Part shown: piece by piece, positions 19,833 to 29,132 of the stretch | How the letters are laid out: each line of letters starts with the position of its first letter | How positions within the stretch are numbered: the stretch's first letter is position 1 | Assembly: GCA_025920425.1 (NCBI GenBank) | Contig: JAPDLS010000001.1 | Location: forward strand, 227,449-291,448 | Direction: 5' to 3' | DNA length: 64,000 nucleotides | Source: Candidatus Haiyanarchaeum thermophilum | GTDB lineage: Archaea; Nanobdellota; Nanobdellia; JAPDLS01; Haiyanarchaeaceae | Notes under the pieces: model-generated | What the model saw: only the letters and a program-made list of their open reading frames with translations | The model's database searches: none | Told to the model about the DNA's origin: nothing | Made by a program: the position numbers and the translations under genes

Positions 19833-20885
19833 TTACACTCCAACCTCATAAATTATCTTATAAGCCTCATCCTCACTCAAATTCAGTTTATGGAGAATCG
19901 TGTATCTATCTATCCTCAAATTTTTAGCATTTACCACTGCAGCTACTAGCTCATCTATATTTATATTTAGCATCTCTGCCTTAGTTTCAAGCCCCACCGA
20001 GTGGATGATCTGTTTAATTTTCTTCCATTTGAGTCCATGTAACCTACTCATGATTATAGTACCTAACGCACATTTCTCCCCATGGAGTGCATTTGAACTG
20101 GAATGAATATCTAAGTAATGTGAGAACAAGTGCTCACTCCCCGAACATGGCCTGGATGATCTGGCATAAGCCATAGCTATCCCGCAGTTTACCAGAGCTT
20201 CAGATAGGGCCCTCAAGCCAGACAATTTACCACTAGCTATTTCTTTCCTCGCCTTTACCACTTCCTTCAAGCTCCTTCTCACCATCTTTGCTATCTCCTC
20301 ACAGTAATATTCGTTGATCTCATCCCTCCCAAGCTTCCAATCAGCGAGGGCAGTATATTTAGCTATTATATCTCCAAAACCGGCTAATCTCAGTCTAGAT
20401 GGGGCCTCCATTAAGATTGACAAATCGATGAAAATTGCCTTTGGTTGTCTAGAGAGAAGAGAGAGTTTGGATGAAGCCAGCTTAATTGAAACTATTGGAG
20501 AAGCTATACCATCATGGGAGGGGGCTGTTGGAAAAGCTATAAAGCATTTGTTTAAACTGTAACTACTAAACTTCACCAAATCTATAGTACTTCCTCCACC
20601 CACTCCTATTAGAAAATCGAACTTCCTTCCAATCTTATTCAGTTTTTTGAAATTGCTCAAATTGAAGGAATCTGCCAGAAATTTTTTCAACTTGAAATAA
20701 GGTCTAAGTTCCTCCTCTAACCTCCTCCCAAACTTCAGATAAACGTTTGGTCCAAATACTAATAAACATCTCTTACCTATGTTCAACTCGTATAAGTGCT
20801 TACCTAGGTCCTCTACCCTCTCATCTATTTGAATGAATTCGAGATCACTCGCATGAATCTTGCCGCAACTACATTTGAATCTCAT
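19833..20885 (-). CDS. egsA: glycerol-1-phosphate dehydrogenase [NAD(P)+] (archaeal lipid backbone synthesis)
   Basis: 350 aa. DHQS/iron-ADH-like fold with GVGGGSTIDLVKF and PTAPSHDGIASP motifs characteristic of G1PDH. Confidence 0.7.
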   Translation of the reverse strand: MRFKCSCGKIHASDLEFIQIDERVEDLGKHLYELNIGKRCLLVFGPNVYLKFGRRLEEELRPYFKLKKFLADSFNLSNFKKLNKIGRKFDFLIGVGGGSTIDLVKFSSYSLNKCFIAFPTAPSHDGIASPIVSIKLASSKLSLLSRQPKAIFIDLSILMEAPSRLRLAGFGDIIAKYTALADWKLGRDEINEYYCEEIAKMVRRSLKEVVKARKEIASGKLSGLRALSEALVNCGIAMAYARSSRPCSGSEHLFSHYLDIHSSSNALHGEKCALGTIIMSRLHGLKWKKIKQIIHSVGLETKAEMLNINIDELVAAVVNAKNLRIDRYTILHKLNLSEDEAYKIIYEVGV

Positions 20886-20935
20886 AACTTCACTAGGGAG
20901 CCTAACTTTATAAACTTAGTAATCCTTAAACTTTC

Positions 20936-21976
20936 ATGCTTGTAGAAGATCTGATGAAAAGAAAAGTGATCACCGTTACTAAGGATGAGGATGTGATGAG
21001 GGCTGTGGCCCTCATGGAAAAATACGATATCAAGGAACTTCCTGTAGTTGAGGATTCAAAGGTAATCGGAATTGTCACTCTCTACGATTTCCTATATTTA
21101 GGAAAAGTCTCAGGAAATGTTGGAAGCTATATGTTCTCTCCTCCCCTCATTCATAGAAAAGCTACTTTAGAGGAAGCATTGGAATTGATGGTAGCCAGTG
21201 GTGTTGAAGCCTTACCAGTAATAGATGAAAATGGAAAACTGGTAGGAATTATTTCTGAATATGATATATTATCTAGTTTTAGGGATGCTCCAATCTTCAG
21301 ACAACTCCAAGCTAGGGATGTTATGCGAAGGTATTTTGCCCCCATTCATCCAGATGACAATATCGGAAAAGCTCTAAGGATAATGCAGTTTTATAGGATA
21401 GATAGACTTCCTGTAGTAGATGAGCAGAATAAGGTTGAAGGGATAGTGCTACTTATAGATATTCTTAGAGTACTTAGCCTCAAAAGGTTCAACAAGCTGA
21501 AATTTAAGCCTGAGAAACTGATCTCAACCGAAGTAAAAGGAGTGTTAAGAAAATTGCATTTTAAGGTAAGGGAAGATACTCCAGTTTCCCAAGTACTCAC
21601 TTACATGCTCAAAGAAAGACTCAAGGGCACATATGTGACAAATGAAAGGGACGAACCTGTAGGCATTATCCTAAGAAGAGATTTACTAGAAAAATTAAGA
21701 TCGTCTCGAAAATTGGAAGTGATGTTCTCTGGAGTGGAGATAACCCAGACGCTAATGCAGCCAATAACACCTATATTGAGAAAGCTGCATCTCATCTTTC
21801 CTGAGTGGGACAGAATCGAAGTTCATGTTAAACGGGTGGGAAGAAATAAATATGAAGTGAGGATCCCGATCAGACCCTACCATACTACAATTCATCATAT
21901 TGACTTTTCACTTAGGAAAGCTGTCAAAGTAGGATTCGATAAGTTGTATGAATTCCTTAGAAGGAGGAGGGAATAA
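20936..21976 (+). CDS. CBS-domain protein (two CBS pairs plus C-terminal domain)
   Basis: 346 aa. Repeated CBS signature (ITV..D....A...M....I..LPVVD). Confidence 0.65.
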   Translation: MLVEDLMKRKVITVTKDEDVMRAVALMEKYDIKELPVVEDSKVIGIVTLYDFLYLGKVSGNVGSYMFSPPLIHRKATLEEALELMVASGVEALPVIDENGKLVGIISEYDILSSFRDAPIFRQLQARDVMRRYFAPIHPDDNIGKALRIMQFYRIDRLPVVDEQNKVEGIVLLIDILRVLSLKRFNKLKFKPEKLISTEVKGVLRKLHFKVREDTPVSQVLTYMLKERLKGTYVTNERDEPVGIILRRDLLEKLRSSRKLEVMFSGVEITQTLMQPITPILRKLHLIFPEWDRIEVHVKRVGRNKYEVRIPIRPYHTTIHHIDFSLRKAVKVGFDKLYEFLRRRRE

Positions 21977-22014
21977 AATTTAATTATTGAGACGTTGGTA
22001 ATTATATTCTATAT

Positions 22015-22122
22015 AGCCCCGTCGTCTAGCGGTCAAGGATGCAGGGCTTTGGACGGAGTCTAAAGCACTGATCCAGATGAGGAAGAAACCCTGCGACGGC
22101 GGTTCGAATCCGCCCGGGGCTA
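22015..22122 (+). tRNA. tRNA-Gln (anticodon TTG) with ~36-nt intron at canonical 37/38 position
   Basis: Acceptor AGCCCCG/CGGGGCT plus discriminator A. Anticodon stem CAGGG/CCCTG with loop CUUUGG-[intron]-A. T-arm GGCGGTTCGAATCCGCC. Confidence 0.7.
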
Positions 22123-22671
22123 TTTAAAGATCCTCTCCAGTTCCTCTATTCTCTTGAGCCCCTCTTCCAGTTCCTTTTCTATTTTCTCCAAGCTTTTCTC
22201 CCTCAATACTACATTGCATTTAGGACAAGTAAACAGATTTTCTAGGGCTTTCTCATACCCCATCCTCAGTTCGCATTTGGGACATTCAAAAATTTGAATG
22301 CTCCCTTCCTCAGCTATCCTCTTCCGCAACATCTCTAACTTCTTTATTTTTTCCCGTTTGAGCAGATGAAACAATCTGTCGAAATTTATCTCCCAAGAAT
22401 ATATCCACCACCCTCTCCTCCTCTCTCTTTTCCTCGAAAAAGTAACAAGCCTGTGAGCATATAATTTGTAGAGAATGGTCCTTACGTCATTTATCTCCTT
22501 GTTTACCATCTCTGCCAGCTTGAATTCGTTGACTAAGCCTTTCTCAAACAATATCTTCACAACCTCCATTCCTTCCCTTCCCACAATTCTTTCTAAGAAA
22601 TCCTGAATCTCTTCATTCTCAAATACTTCCAACAATTTCTTCCTGCTAGGCCTTCTCTTCCTAGCTGGCAT
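22120..22671 (-). CDS. tfe: transcription factor E (TFIIE-alpha homologue)
   Basis: 183 aa. Basic N-terminus, winged helix, C-terminal Zn ribbon CPKC...CPKC. Confidence 0.65.
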   Translation of the reverse strand: MPARKRRPSRKKLLEVFENEEIQDFLERIVGREGMEVVKILFEKGLVNEFKLAEMVNKEINDVRTILYKLYAHRLVTFSRKRERRRGWWIYSWEINFDRLFHLLKREKIKKLEMLRKRIAEEGSIQIFECPKCELRMGYEKALENLFTCPKCNVVLREKSLEKIEKELEEGLKRIEELERIFK

Positions 22672-22709
22672 ACAGATAAAATTAATTTTCTATCAATAAA
22701 AAAGTTATT

Positions 22710-23852
22710 TCAGAGGAGAAAAAAGGTTCCCCTGAAAAGGGCATTCATGGCTCCTGATGCGAAGAGAAATACGGTCAAAAGGTTTATTGCATTATAGACC
22801 ATTCGCTTCACCCCTGCATGTTTAATGAGATAATCTAAGAAGTCGTAGAGGAGTCTTGAACCATCTGTAATAAAAAGTGGGAGCAGGTTTACTACTCCTA
22901 TTAGAAGATTTAGGGTGCTGCTGTATAATAAAAAGTCATATACCCAAAGAATGAAATCTCCAATTATCCCGTACTTAGCTTTTGCATCTTCACGCACCCC
23001 TACTTCCTCACTCAGTCCGACTCCTAAATAGGCTTTAGATTCATTTTGGGGATGAGGAGAAGTTCGTATTCTGAAACTCTTATGGTCTGCTATTAACTCT
23101 ATTTCTTCTCCAACCCCTACCTTCCCCATCACCATTCTAAAATCGGAGAGATTGTTAATTTTTACCCCATTGATCTCTTGAATCACCATACCCGCACTTA
23201 AATTACTCTCATAGGCTGGAGTACCCCCATATACATAGGATATTTTTACTCCTTTCACTTCCATCATTTCCTTCATCAAAAATGGATGAAGAAAGCTGGA
23301 GATGATTAGAGCTAAGATAAGATATACGAGAATGTTTGTAAAGGAACCTGCTGAGAAGATCTTAATTCTATCCAATCTCCTCAACTCTTCAAGGTCTCTG
23401 TCCTCCACTTCCACAAAAGCTAGAGGAATAAATAAGAATGCTCCCACGCCTGTGGACTTTATCCGTACTCCCTTTACTCTTGCCATTATTCCATGAGAAG
23501 CTTCATGCACCAGTAGGAGCAAGATAATTGAGAAAAGCAAAGTAGATTTGTATGGAATGATTAAAAATACTGCTGTCTGGGGAGATCCTACCCCCATAAT
23601 AGTAGGGAGAAAAAAGTAAGCGAGCATCGAGTAAATGCCTGAGAAAATTAGAAAGATGCAGAACACAGCCCCTATTGTAAAGATGATCTCCCACAACCAC
23701 CCTATCTTGGCTAACTTATCAAAGGTTTTTATCCCTCTCCTCCCCTTTAATAGAAACACCACTTTCCCAATAATCTCCACCCTTCTCCTATTTTTAACTA
23801 AAAATATTATCAAAGCTAAATAGAAAGCACCTACGATCACCAGATCTATCAT
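22710..23852 (-). CDS. site-2 protease (M50 family intramembrane metalloprotease with PDZ domain)
   Basis: 380 aa. Polytopic membrane protein, HExxH motif LLLVHEASHG, PDZ-like GMVIQEINGVKINNLSDF, C-terminal TM helices. Confidence 0.75.
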   Translation of the reverse strand: MIDLVIVGAFYLALIIFLVKNRRRVEIIGKVVFLLKGRRGIKTFDKLAKIGWLWEIIFTIGAVFCIFLIFSGIYSMLAYFFLPTIMGVGSPQTAVFLIIPYKSTLLFSIILLLLVHEASHGIMARVKGVRIKSTGVGAFLFIPLAFVEVEDRDLEELRRLDRIKIFSAGSFTNILVYLILALIISSFLHPFLMKEMMEVKGVKISYVYGGTPAYESNLSAGMVIQEINGVKINNLSDFRMVMGKVGVGEEIELIADHKSFRIRTSPHPQNESKAYLGVGLSEEVGVREDAKAKYGIIGDFILWVYDFLLYSSTLNLLIGVVNLLPLFITDGSRLLYDFLDYLIKHAGVKRMVYNAINLLTVFLFASGAMNALFRGTFFLL

Positions 23853-23930
23853 TCAACTTGAAAGGAAAAATATGATTTTAAATTTTTACTTCACAAAAAA
23901 ATTAAATATCTTGATTTTCAGTGTTTAAGC

Positions 23931-24236
23931 ATGAAGGATTGGCAGGAGTTGGAACATAAGATATCTGCATTGAATGAATTAACTGATAAGATCAAGGGAA
24001 TAGAGAAGGAGAAACTGCTGGGAGAAAATTTAGGTTTGGTAGTAGCTGGCAAGAAGCTTATCCAAGAAATAAGTGAAAAATTCGGTGAGCTCCTCAATGC
24101 CACAGCATTTCTCAAAACTTCAGGTCTCTGCGCTGAAGAACTGAATAGGATTGAATACACTATAAATCAAAAATTGCAGGAGTTTACGAGGATCAAGAGA
24201 AAATTTGAGGAATCAATAGTGGAAATTAGCGTTTAA
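23931..24236 (+). CDS. hypothetical coiled-coil protein (101 aa)
   Basis: ORF only. Heptad-rich acidic/basic sequence. Confidence 0.25.
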   Translation: MKDWQELEHKISALNELTDKIKGIEKEKLLGENLGLVVAGKKLIQEISEKFGELLNATAFLKTSGLCAEELNRIEYTINQKLQEFTRIKRKFEESIVEISV

Positions 24237-24396
24237 GCTCTTTATGCTTCAACCTCAACGCCTTTGAGCCGCATTTCCTACATTTTACTTTACCTCTCCT
24301 CACATCCTCTGGATCTGCCCTTAGCTTTGTCTTGCATCGTTTGCACACGTAGACATTCTTGAATAACCTGGCCTCAGCTTCCTTAAACTTGACCAC
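24226..24396 (-). CDS. rpl40e: 50S ribosomal protein L40e (manually found, not in ORF track)
   Basis: Reverse translation gives (M)VKFKEAEARLFKNVYVCKRCKTKLRADPEDVRRGKVKCRKCGSKALRLKHKELKR, the L40e Zn-ribbon family pattern (FxEAEARL...C.RC...C.KCG). Apparent GTG start at 24396; an in-frame TGA lies immediately upstream. Confidence 0.6.
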   Translation of the reverse strand: MVKFKEAEARLFKNVYVCKRCKTKLRADPEDVRRGKVKCRKCGSKALRLKHKELKR

Positions 24397-24558
24397 CCTT
24401 ACCCCTCCTCTTCAACTCTTCTCTTAGAAGGCCCACTTCCGCACTTAGAGCCTCGATACTCTTTTTCAATTTAACTATGTCTTCTTTAGCCTTCTTTATT
24501 TCTCTGCACTTGAAAAAGCACATAAAACAATTTAAAAATCCGAGAATTTATAATAATT

Positions 24559-24861
24559 ATGGAGAGAACTCTTACTTGGAAGGATATAGACACTGTAATA
24601 TTGAAGATCACGGGTAAATGGATCCTCGGGGTAATCGTTCAAGAAGATGCAAGTGGGAGAAAGAGACTAAAGTTATTCAAGGGAAGGATTAAAGATGATG
24701 GAAATAGGAAAGTAGAATATAAGGGGAAGGAAATAAAGTTCTCAATGATTCAGAGATTCAATATCCCCAGCGAAAAATATTGGATCAAGCTAAATAGGGA
24801 AATGTTAAAGGTAATTTCCAAATATCTGGGAAAGGAACAGAGGTATTTGCCTGAATTTTAA
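24559..24861 (+). CDS. hypothetical protein (100 aa)
   Basis: ORF only, basic. No motif recognised. Confidence 0.25.
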   Translation: MERTLTWKDIDTVILKITGKWILGVIVQEDASGRKRLKLFKGRIKDDGNRKVEYKGKEIKFSMIQRFNIPSEKYWIKLNREMLKVISKYLGKEQRYLPEF

Positions 24862-25391
24862 CATTTCTCCACTTCTTCATACTTAGAATAAATTCCTAAG
24901 AAGAGCTGTGCACTTCTATTGCATGGAAAATGCAACTTCATTGAAAAAATTGGGATCTTTTCCAAGCATACAGATCTCCTAGCACTATAGAATACTGCCT
25001 CCTTATCTCCTTGCATGTAGAGAATAAATTCGTAGCTTGGTTTATTAAGTTTTGAGATGATTTTACTTACGCTTCGATTTAGTATCGAATATTCCAGAAG
25101 CTGACAGACATATAGAGAAATTGCTTCAGCCAGTGTAAGATTGTTGAGTTCCGTTACTCTGCTCTTCAGCATGGTAAGGAGCAATCTTCCTGTATACTCA
25201 AGACCTACTCTCTCCCGAGCTACTGCTGAGATTTGAAGATTTAATTTTAATGTTAGAATGAGCAAGAGGGCACTCCCCACGAGGAAAAGGATGAGCAATT
25301 CCAACAGAGACACATTCCCCTTAGTAACAGAGGAGGGTAGGTTCATTTTTCTTCCTGTCCAAATATGGGAGACAAATTTCACCACTAGCAT
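24858..25391 (-). CDS. type IV pilin-like protein (class III signal peptide-like N-terminus)
   Basis: 177 aa. N-terminus ...SSVTKG|NVSLLELLILFLVGSALLLILTL has a positively charged stretch, Gly, then a ~20-aa hydrophobic helix. Last gene of the pilus-like operon. Confidence 0.35.
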   Translation of the reverse strand: MLVVKFVSHIWTGRKMNLPSSVTKGNVSLLELLILFLVGSALLLILTLKLNLQISAVARERVGLEYTGRLLLTMLKSRVTELNNLTLAEAISLYVCQLLEYSILNRSVSKIISKLNKPSYEFILYMQGDKEAVFYSARRSVCLEKIPIFSMKLHFPCNRSAQLFLGIYSKYEEVEKC

Positions 25392-25563
25392 TTAGATCAT
25401 CAACTTTTTCCTCAAATAGGCGAAAGGAAAGGTTTCTATTTCTCTCTACTAGATCCCAGCTCCTATCAAGCTCCCCTAGATGATAGGTAAAGAAAAAAGT
25501 TAAGCTTACTAGGAGCATAGTCACCATTATCAGTAAACTTATAAGGAAAATTATTTCATCCAT
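25321..25563 (-). CDS. small membrane protein with N-terminal TM helix (pilin-like operon member)
   Basis: 80 aa. MDEIIFLISLLIMVTMLLVSLTFFF. Overlaps neighbouring ORFs, so its status is uncertain. Confidence 0.25.
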   Translation of the reverse strand: MDEIIFLISLLIMVTMLLVSLTFFFTYHLGELDRSWDLVERNRNLSFRLFEEKVDDLNASGEICLPYLDRKKNEPTLLCY

Positions 25564-25915
25564 TTTTCAAGTAAACCCTATTCCCATCCCTCAGCAAGGT
25601 AAGTTTAGAATCCACCTCAATTCGGGTCCTCTCAACTTCTGTAATTACCACCATTTCACACTTATACCGATTTGATGAAAAATTGATGGAAGTTCCTTCA
25701 GCTACAATCTCTCCTCCTATCCCCCTCATGCTTAAACTCACATTTTCCCTCGAAAAGTTGAGAAAATTGATAATGGAACGGAGGGACCCACAGAAATATT
25801 TAACCTCAAGTAAATATAGGGCTTCACTCAGTGAAAGGAAGAGGGATGAAAATATGAGGATTATGAAGAATGTTGAAATAAGTGCTGAAATTTGACTTAG
25901 TGGTATTTGAATCAT
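25556..25915 (-). CDS. pilin-like/FlaF-FlaG-like protein with N-terminal TM helix
   Basis: 119 aa. N-terminal hydrophobic helix ISALISTFFIILIFSSLFL followed by a beta-rich domain. Confidence 0.3.
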   Translation of the reverse strand: MIQIPLSQISALISTFFIILIFSSLFLSLSEALYLLEVKYFCGSLRSIINFLNFSRENVSLSMRGIGGEIVAEGTSINFSSNRYKCEMVVITEVERTRIEVDSKLTLLRDGNRVYLKNG

Positions 25916-26304
25916 CTGAAGATGATCGTAAGCTTATCCTTTTCTTCCCACTCTTTCATTCCAAATACCAATACTACTTCATTTCTCCCTTCGCCAATCG
26001 TCACGTTATAGAGTATATCTCCGGGAAATTTGATCTCTAAATGGTTTTCCTCCTCAAATACCTCTAGCACATCCTTCTCTGCATTTGCTAAGATCGATGA
26101 ACCTCTAGGCAAAAAGATCTCAAATCTATCGAAACTCCCTTCACTCATGCTCCTAAGCATTGATGCTCTCTCAACTATCCTCTGAGTATAGATCACTGCT
26201 AAGCTTTTCTCCATCCTGATCCACCTCTCAATCTGAAAAGAGAAAATTTGTAGTATGAAAATACTGCTGAGTATCCCTATCGCAAGATAGCTCCACTCCT
26301 CCAT
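25912..26304 (-). CDS. pilin-like/FlaF-FlaG-like protein with N-terminal TM helix
   Basis: 130 aa. N-terminal TM YLAIGILSSIFILQIFSF followed by a soluble domain. Confidence 0.3.
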   Translation of the reverse strand: MEEWSYLAIGILSSIFILQIFSFQIERWIRMEKSLAVIYTQRIVERASMLRSMSEGSFDRFEIFLPRGSSILANAEKDVLEVFEEENHLEIKFPGDILYNVTIGEGRNEVVLVFGMKEWEEKDKLTIIFR

Positions 26305-26502
26305 TTACTTAGTCAAGTTGGATGTCAAGTTTCTCACGTACTCTCCGATGGTAGAGGTAGCATTCCTTATATCACTTCCCAAACTAGTGTAAGTGGAGAC
26401 AATAAGTGCTATAATCAACGCCATCGCTATCATTAGTACCATATACTTCAATGGCATTCCCTCAATTCCCCTCTTATTCATATCATCACCCCAAAAAACC
26501 AT
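26305..26502 (-). CDS. short pilin-like protein (possible class III signal peptide)
   Basis: 65 aa. NKRG|IEGMPLKYMVLMIAMALIIALIV with a short mature domain, size typical of minor or major archaeal pilins. Confidence 0.3.
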   Translation of the reverse strand: MVFWGDDMNKRGIEGMPLKYMVLMIAMALIIALIVSTYTSLGSDIRNATSTIGEYVRNLTSNLTK

Positions 26503-28232
26503 TTAGTAACTATCCATGAGCCTAGGAGTATGAATATGGTAAGTGGTAGGCTCTTATAGATTGCCTCGGAGAATCTTACTTTATCTTCACCAAACTCGAG
26601 GGCAGTGCTTAATTTGAGGAGGAGATAGGAAAGACATAGGAGATACATTCCAATTACTAAGTAAAGGACCTCCGGATGAAGTGAAGCCTCAAGGAGAAAG
26701 AAGTTAAATCCAAGTTCCAATCGAGTTTTTTGGGCTAAGAAAATGAGCATCTCATTAATTCCTATTACCAATCCACAGATAATTGGGGCTAGAAAGACTG
26801 AGGTGATCCTCATCATCCCAATAACTTGTCTCAGCATATCTCTCACTTCCATCTCCAATTTCTTCAACTCTCCATAATATTGGGTAATTGTTAATAACAT
26901 GTTGGTCAACATTTCAGAATTTTTCCAATTTTGCTTCAAGATTCCAAGGCAAACTCTAACCTTACTCGAAAGAATTCTTCTTTCGTCCCCCAGCTTTTTA
27001 GAAAAAACTTCACTCAAACTTAAGCCTAACCTCTTAGCTAATTTCATCTTTCTCCTCATCACCTTAGAGATCTCTGTATGCTTAAAGGAAGTGTAATAAA
27101 AACTCAATGCTTCTTCAACACTCCTTCCTCCTTCAACCCTCATTGCTAGCTGATAGTTAAAATCTAGGATCTCCTCCTCCATCCTCTCATTCTTCCTTAC
27201 AACCCCAATTAGATCCTTAACTTTCAGATAATGGTAAAGAGAAAAAGCAATGCTCAACCCCATCGGAATGAGCATACACAAGTAAAGCCCTCTTCCTGAG
27301 GAGAGGAGGTTGATGAGGGAGAGTATGCCTGGAAATGCTATCACAAACCAAACTAGTAGGCAGAAGTAAAGCTTCCTCTCCTCCATCTCCCTAGGAATTG
27401 GGAGAGAAGAAAAGGAAATGAGGGGCCTCTTCTCTAGTAGCTTAGAGGAGATCGCCCATACGATGAGTAGAAGAATAAAAGGTGAGATCAATAGAAAGAA
27501 TTGTGCTCCTTTACTCATGAAAAAGGCGGAAAAGGGAGTAAATGAAATTAGGAGAAATGGAATTGTGCTGCTCAGCGAAAATATAATTAGGACTGGAAAA
27601 TAAATCGATTTGGAAAATTTCTTAAATTCACTTAGGATGGAATCGAGGGTCAGCTTGAAACCTCTATCTAGGAGGTAACTCCTCTCTTCCTTTTTACCAT
27701 AGGAGAGGGATGAGATCACGTAATAGATGCTTGTCCTTATCACAGTCCCCTTGGAATCTGACCACCTAATCAATTCCTCTTTTAGATTTCCGCTTAGGCT
27801 AGCTCTTCTCAAAATCTCTTCCAACTCCCTCTTCAACTTACCCCGCAAACCATGAATTGAACGTAAAATGGCTACTTCCAAATTCGGATTTATTTTTAAG
27901 TAACTCATGATCTGAGCCAAAGCCTCAATATACTGCGCCATGTAATGCATCTTCTTCACCCTAGCTTTTGACTTAGGATATTCTAGAAAAGCATAGTATG
28001 CCAGAAATGGTAGAAGTAATAGAAGAGGCATGAACCACTTAATTAGGAGAAATGAGGAAATGAGGAATGAGAGGATGAGGATTGCTCTGGCAGCATTTAC
28101 TACATCTTCCCCACCTACTCTCCATTCCAGAAAGCTAAGCGCTTCCTCCAATTCGTGGTCCCTAGCCTTCCCACGTAGAGGAAATCTCTTAGAGAACTTA
28201 CATACTATTTCATAAAAAGTTGGAGCCTGCAT
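26478..28232 (-). CDS. TadC/FlaJ-like polytopic membrane platform protein (GspF/T2SSF-like, internally duplicated)
   Basis: 584 aa. Two repeats of a cytoplasmic helical domain followed by TM helix bundles. First gene of an operon with five downstream pilin-like genes. Confidence 0.5.
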   Translation of the reverse strand: MQAPTFYEIVCKFSKRFPLRGKARDHELEEALSFLEWRVGGEDVVNAARAILILSFLISSFLLIKWFMPLLLLLPFLAYYAFLEYPKSKARVKKMHYMAQYIEALAQIMSYLKINPNLEVAILRSIHGLRGKLKRELEEILRRASLSGNLKEELIRWSDSKGTVIRTSIYYVISSLSYGKKEERSYLLDRGFKLTLDSILSEFKKFSKSIYFPVLIIFSLSSTIPFLLISFTPFSAFFMSKGAQFFLLISPFILLLIVWAISSKLLEKRPLISFSSLPIPREMEERKLYFCLLVWFVIAFPGILSLINLLSSGRGLYLCMLIPMGLSIAFSLYHYLKVKDLIGVVRKNERMEEEILDFNYQLAMRVEGGRSVEEALSFYYTSFKHTEISKVMRRKMKLAKRLGLSLSEVFSKKLGDERRILSSKVRVCLGILKQNWKNSEMLTNMLLTITQYYGELKKLEMEVRDMLRQVIGMMRITSVFLAPIICGLVIGINEMLIFLAQKTRLELGFNFFLLEASLHPEVLYLVIGMYLLCLSYLLLKLSTALEFGEDKVRFSEAIYKSLPLTIFILLGSWIVTKWFFGVMI

Positions 28233-28329
28233 AAGTGGTGAAGATAAAGCTGTTTATTTAAGCAGAATTCTATCTTTCCCGTAACCATTTTGAGAAAAAA
28301 TTTTTTATTGTAAAAGCCTTCTAAAGCTT

Positions 28330-28402
28330 GGGCCCGTGGTCTAGGGGTTATGACGTCGCCTTGACGCGGCGAAGGTCCTGGGTTCAAGTCCCAGCGGGCC
28401 CA
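28330..28402 (+). tRNA. tRNA-Val (anticodon GAC)
   Basis: GGGCCCG acceptor paired with CGGGCCC plus A. Anticodon loop UUGACGC. T-arm CTGGGTTCAAGTCCCAG. Confidence 0.8.
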
Positions 28403-28467
28403 AAAATTCCTCAAGCGATCACAACCATAAGCTGGAGATCTAATTCGAAGGGTTAAATTTAAAAACT

Positions 28468-29097
28468 ATGTCCTCCCCTCTCTTTGCTATGCCAGAATTT
28501 CCATCTTATTTAAGAATTATTTTTCAATACAAATCCATTATACTCTTTATAGCATTTCTCATCATTTCTTTTCACATCATCTCCAACCCAATGATTGAGA
28601 AGGCAGTAATAGGATTTTGCGAGAGGTTTTCCTACTTCACTGCCTTCATAGCAGGACTACTTTATGCCTCGTTCGTTACTATTCCTCTCTCTATCGTGTT
28701 AATTTATGATGTAGCCCGCTTCCTTCATCCAGTTATGATAGGAATAATTGGGGGTGTGGGCTCAATGTTAGCAGATGTCTTGGTCTTTCAGTTCTTCAAG
28801 CTCTCAATAATCCCTGAGATCAAATTACTGGCCACTACCCTGAAAGAAAGGAGTGGGAGAGCGAGGAGACTGTTTGAGTATGTGAAACTCTCTGAAAGTA
28901 TGAGGAAAAATGCCCTCTGGATTCAAAAATTTGCTCCATTGATAGCAGCATTTATCATTTCCTCCCCCCTCCCCGATGAATTGGCCATTTTCTTTCTAGC
29001 TGCTGTAGAATACGATATGAGGAAACTCATGGTACTTACCTTCGTTCTCAATTCAATTGGAATCGTCTCCATAGCGTCCATAAGTCTCCTCTTATAA
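28468..29097 (+). CDS. small polytopic membrane protein (DedA/VTT-like topology, unassigned)
   Basis: 209 aa with ~5 hydrophobic helices. Sits directly upstream of the Mo-oxidoreductase gene. Confidence 0.35.
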   Translation: MSSPLFAMPEFPSYLRIIFQYKSIILFIAFLIISFHIISNPMIEKAVIGFCERFSYFTAFIAGLLYASFVTIPLSIVLIYDVARFLHPVMIGIIGGVGSMLADVLVFQFFKLSIIPEIKLLATTLKERSGRARRLFEYVKLSESMRKNALWIQKFAPLIAAFIISSPLPDELAIFFLAAVEYDMRKLMVLTFVLNSIGIVSIASISLLL

Positions 29098-29132
29098 CAA
29101 ACTTTTTAATTGATCCATTTCTAGCCTATCTA

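Noticed and set aside
28205-28414. 69-aa minus-strand ORF
   Set aside because: It lies entirely antisense over tRNA-Val(GAC) and its flanks, so it is a spurious ORF.
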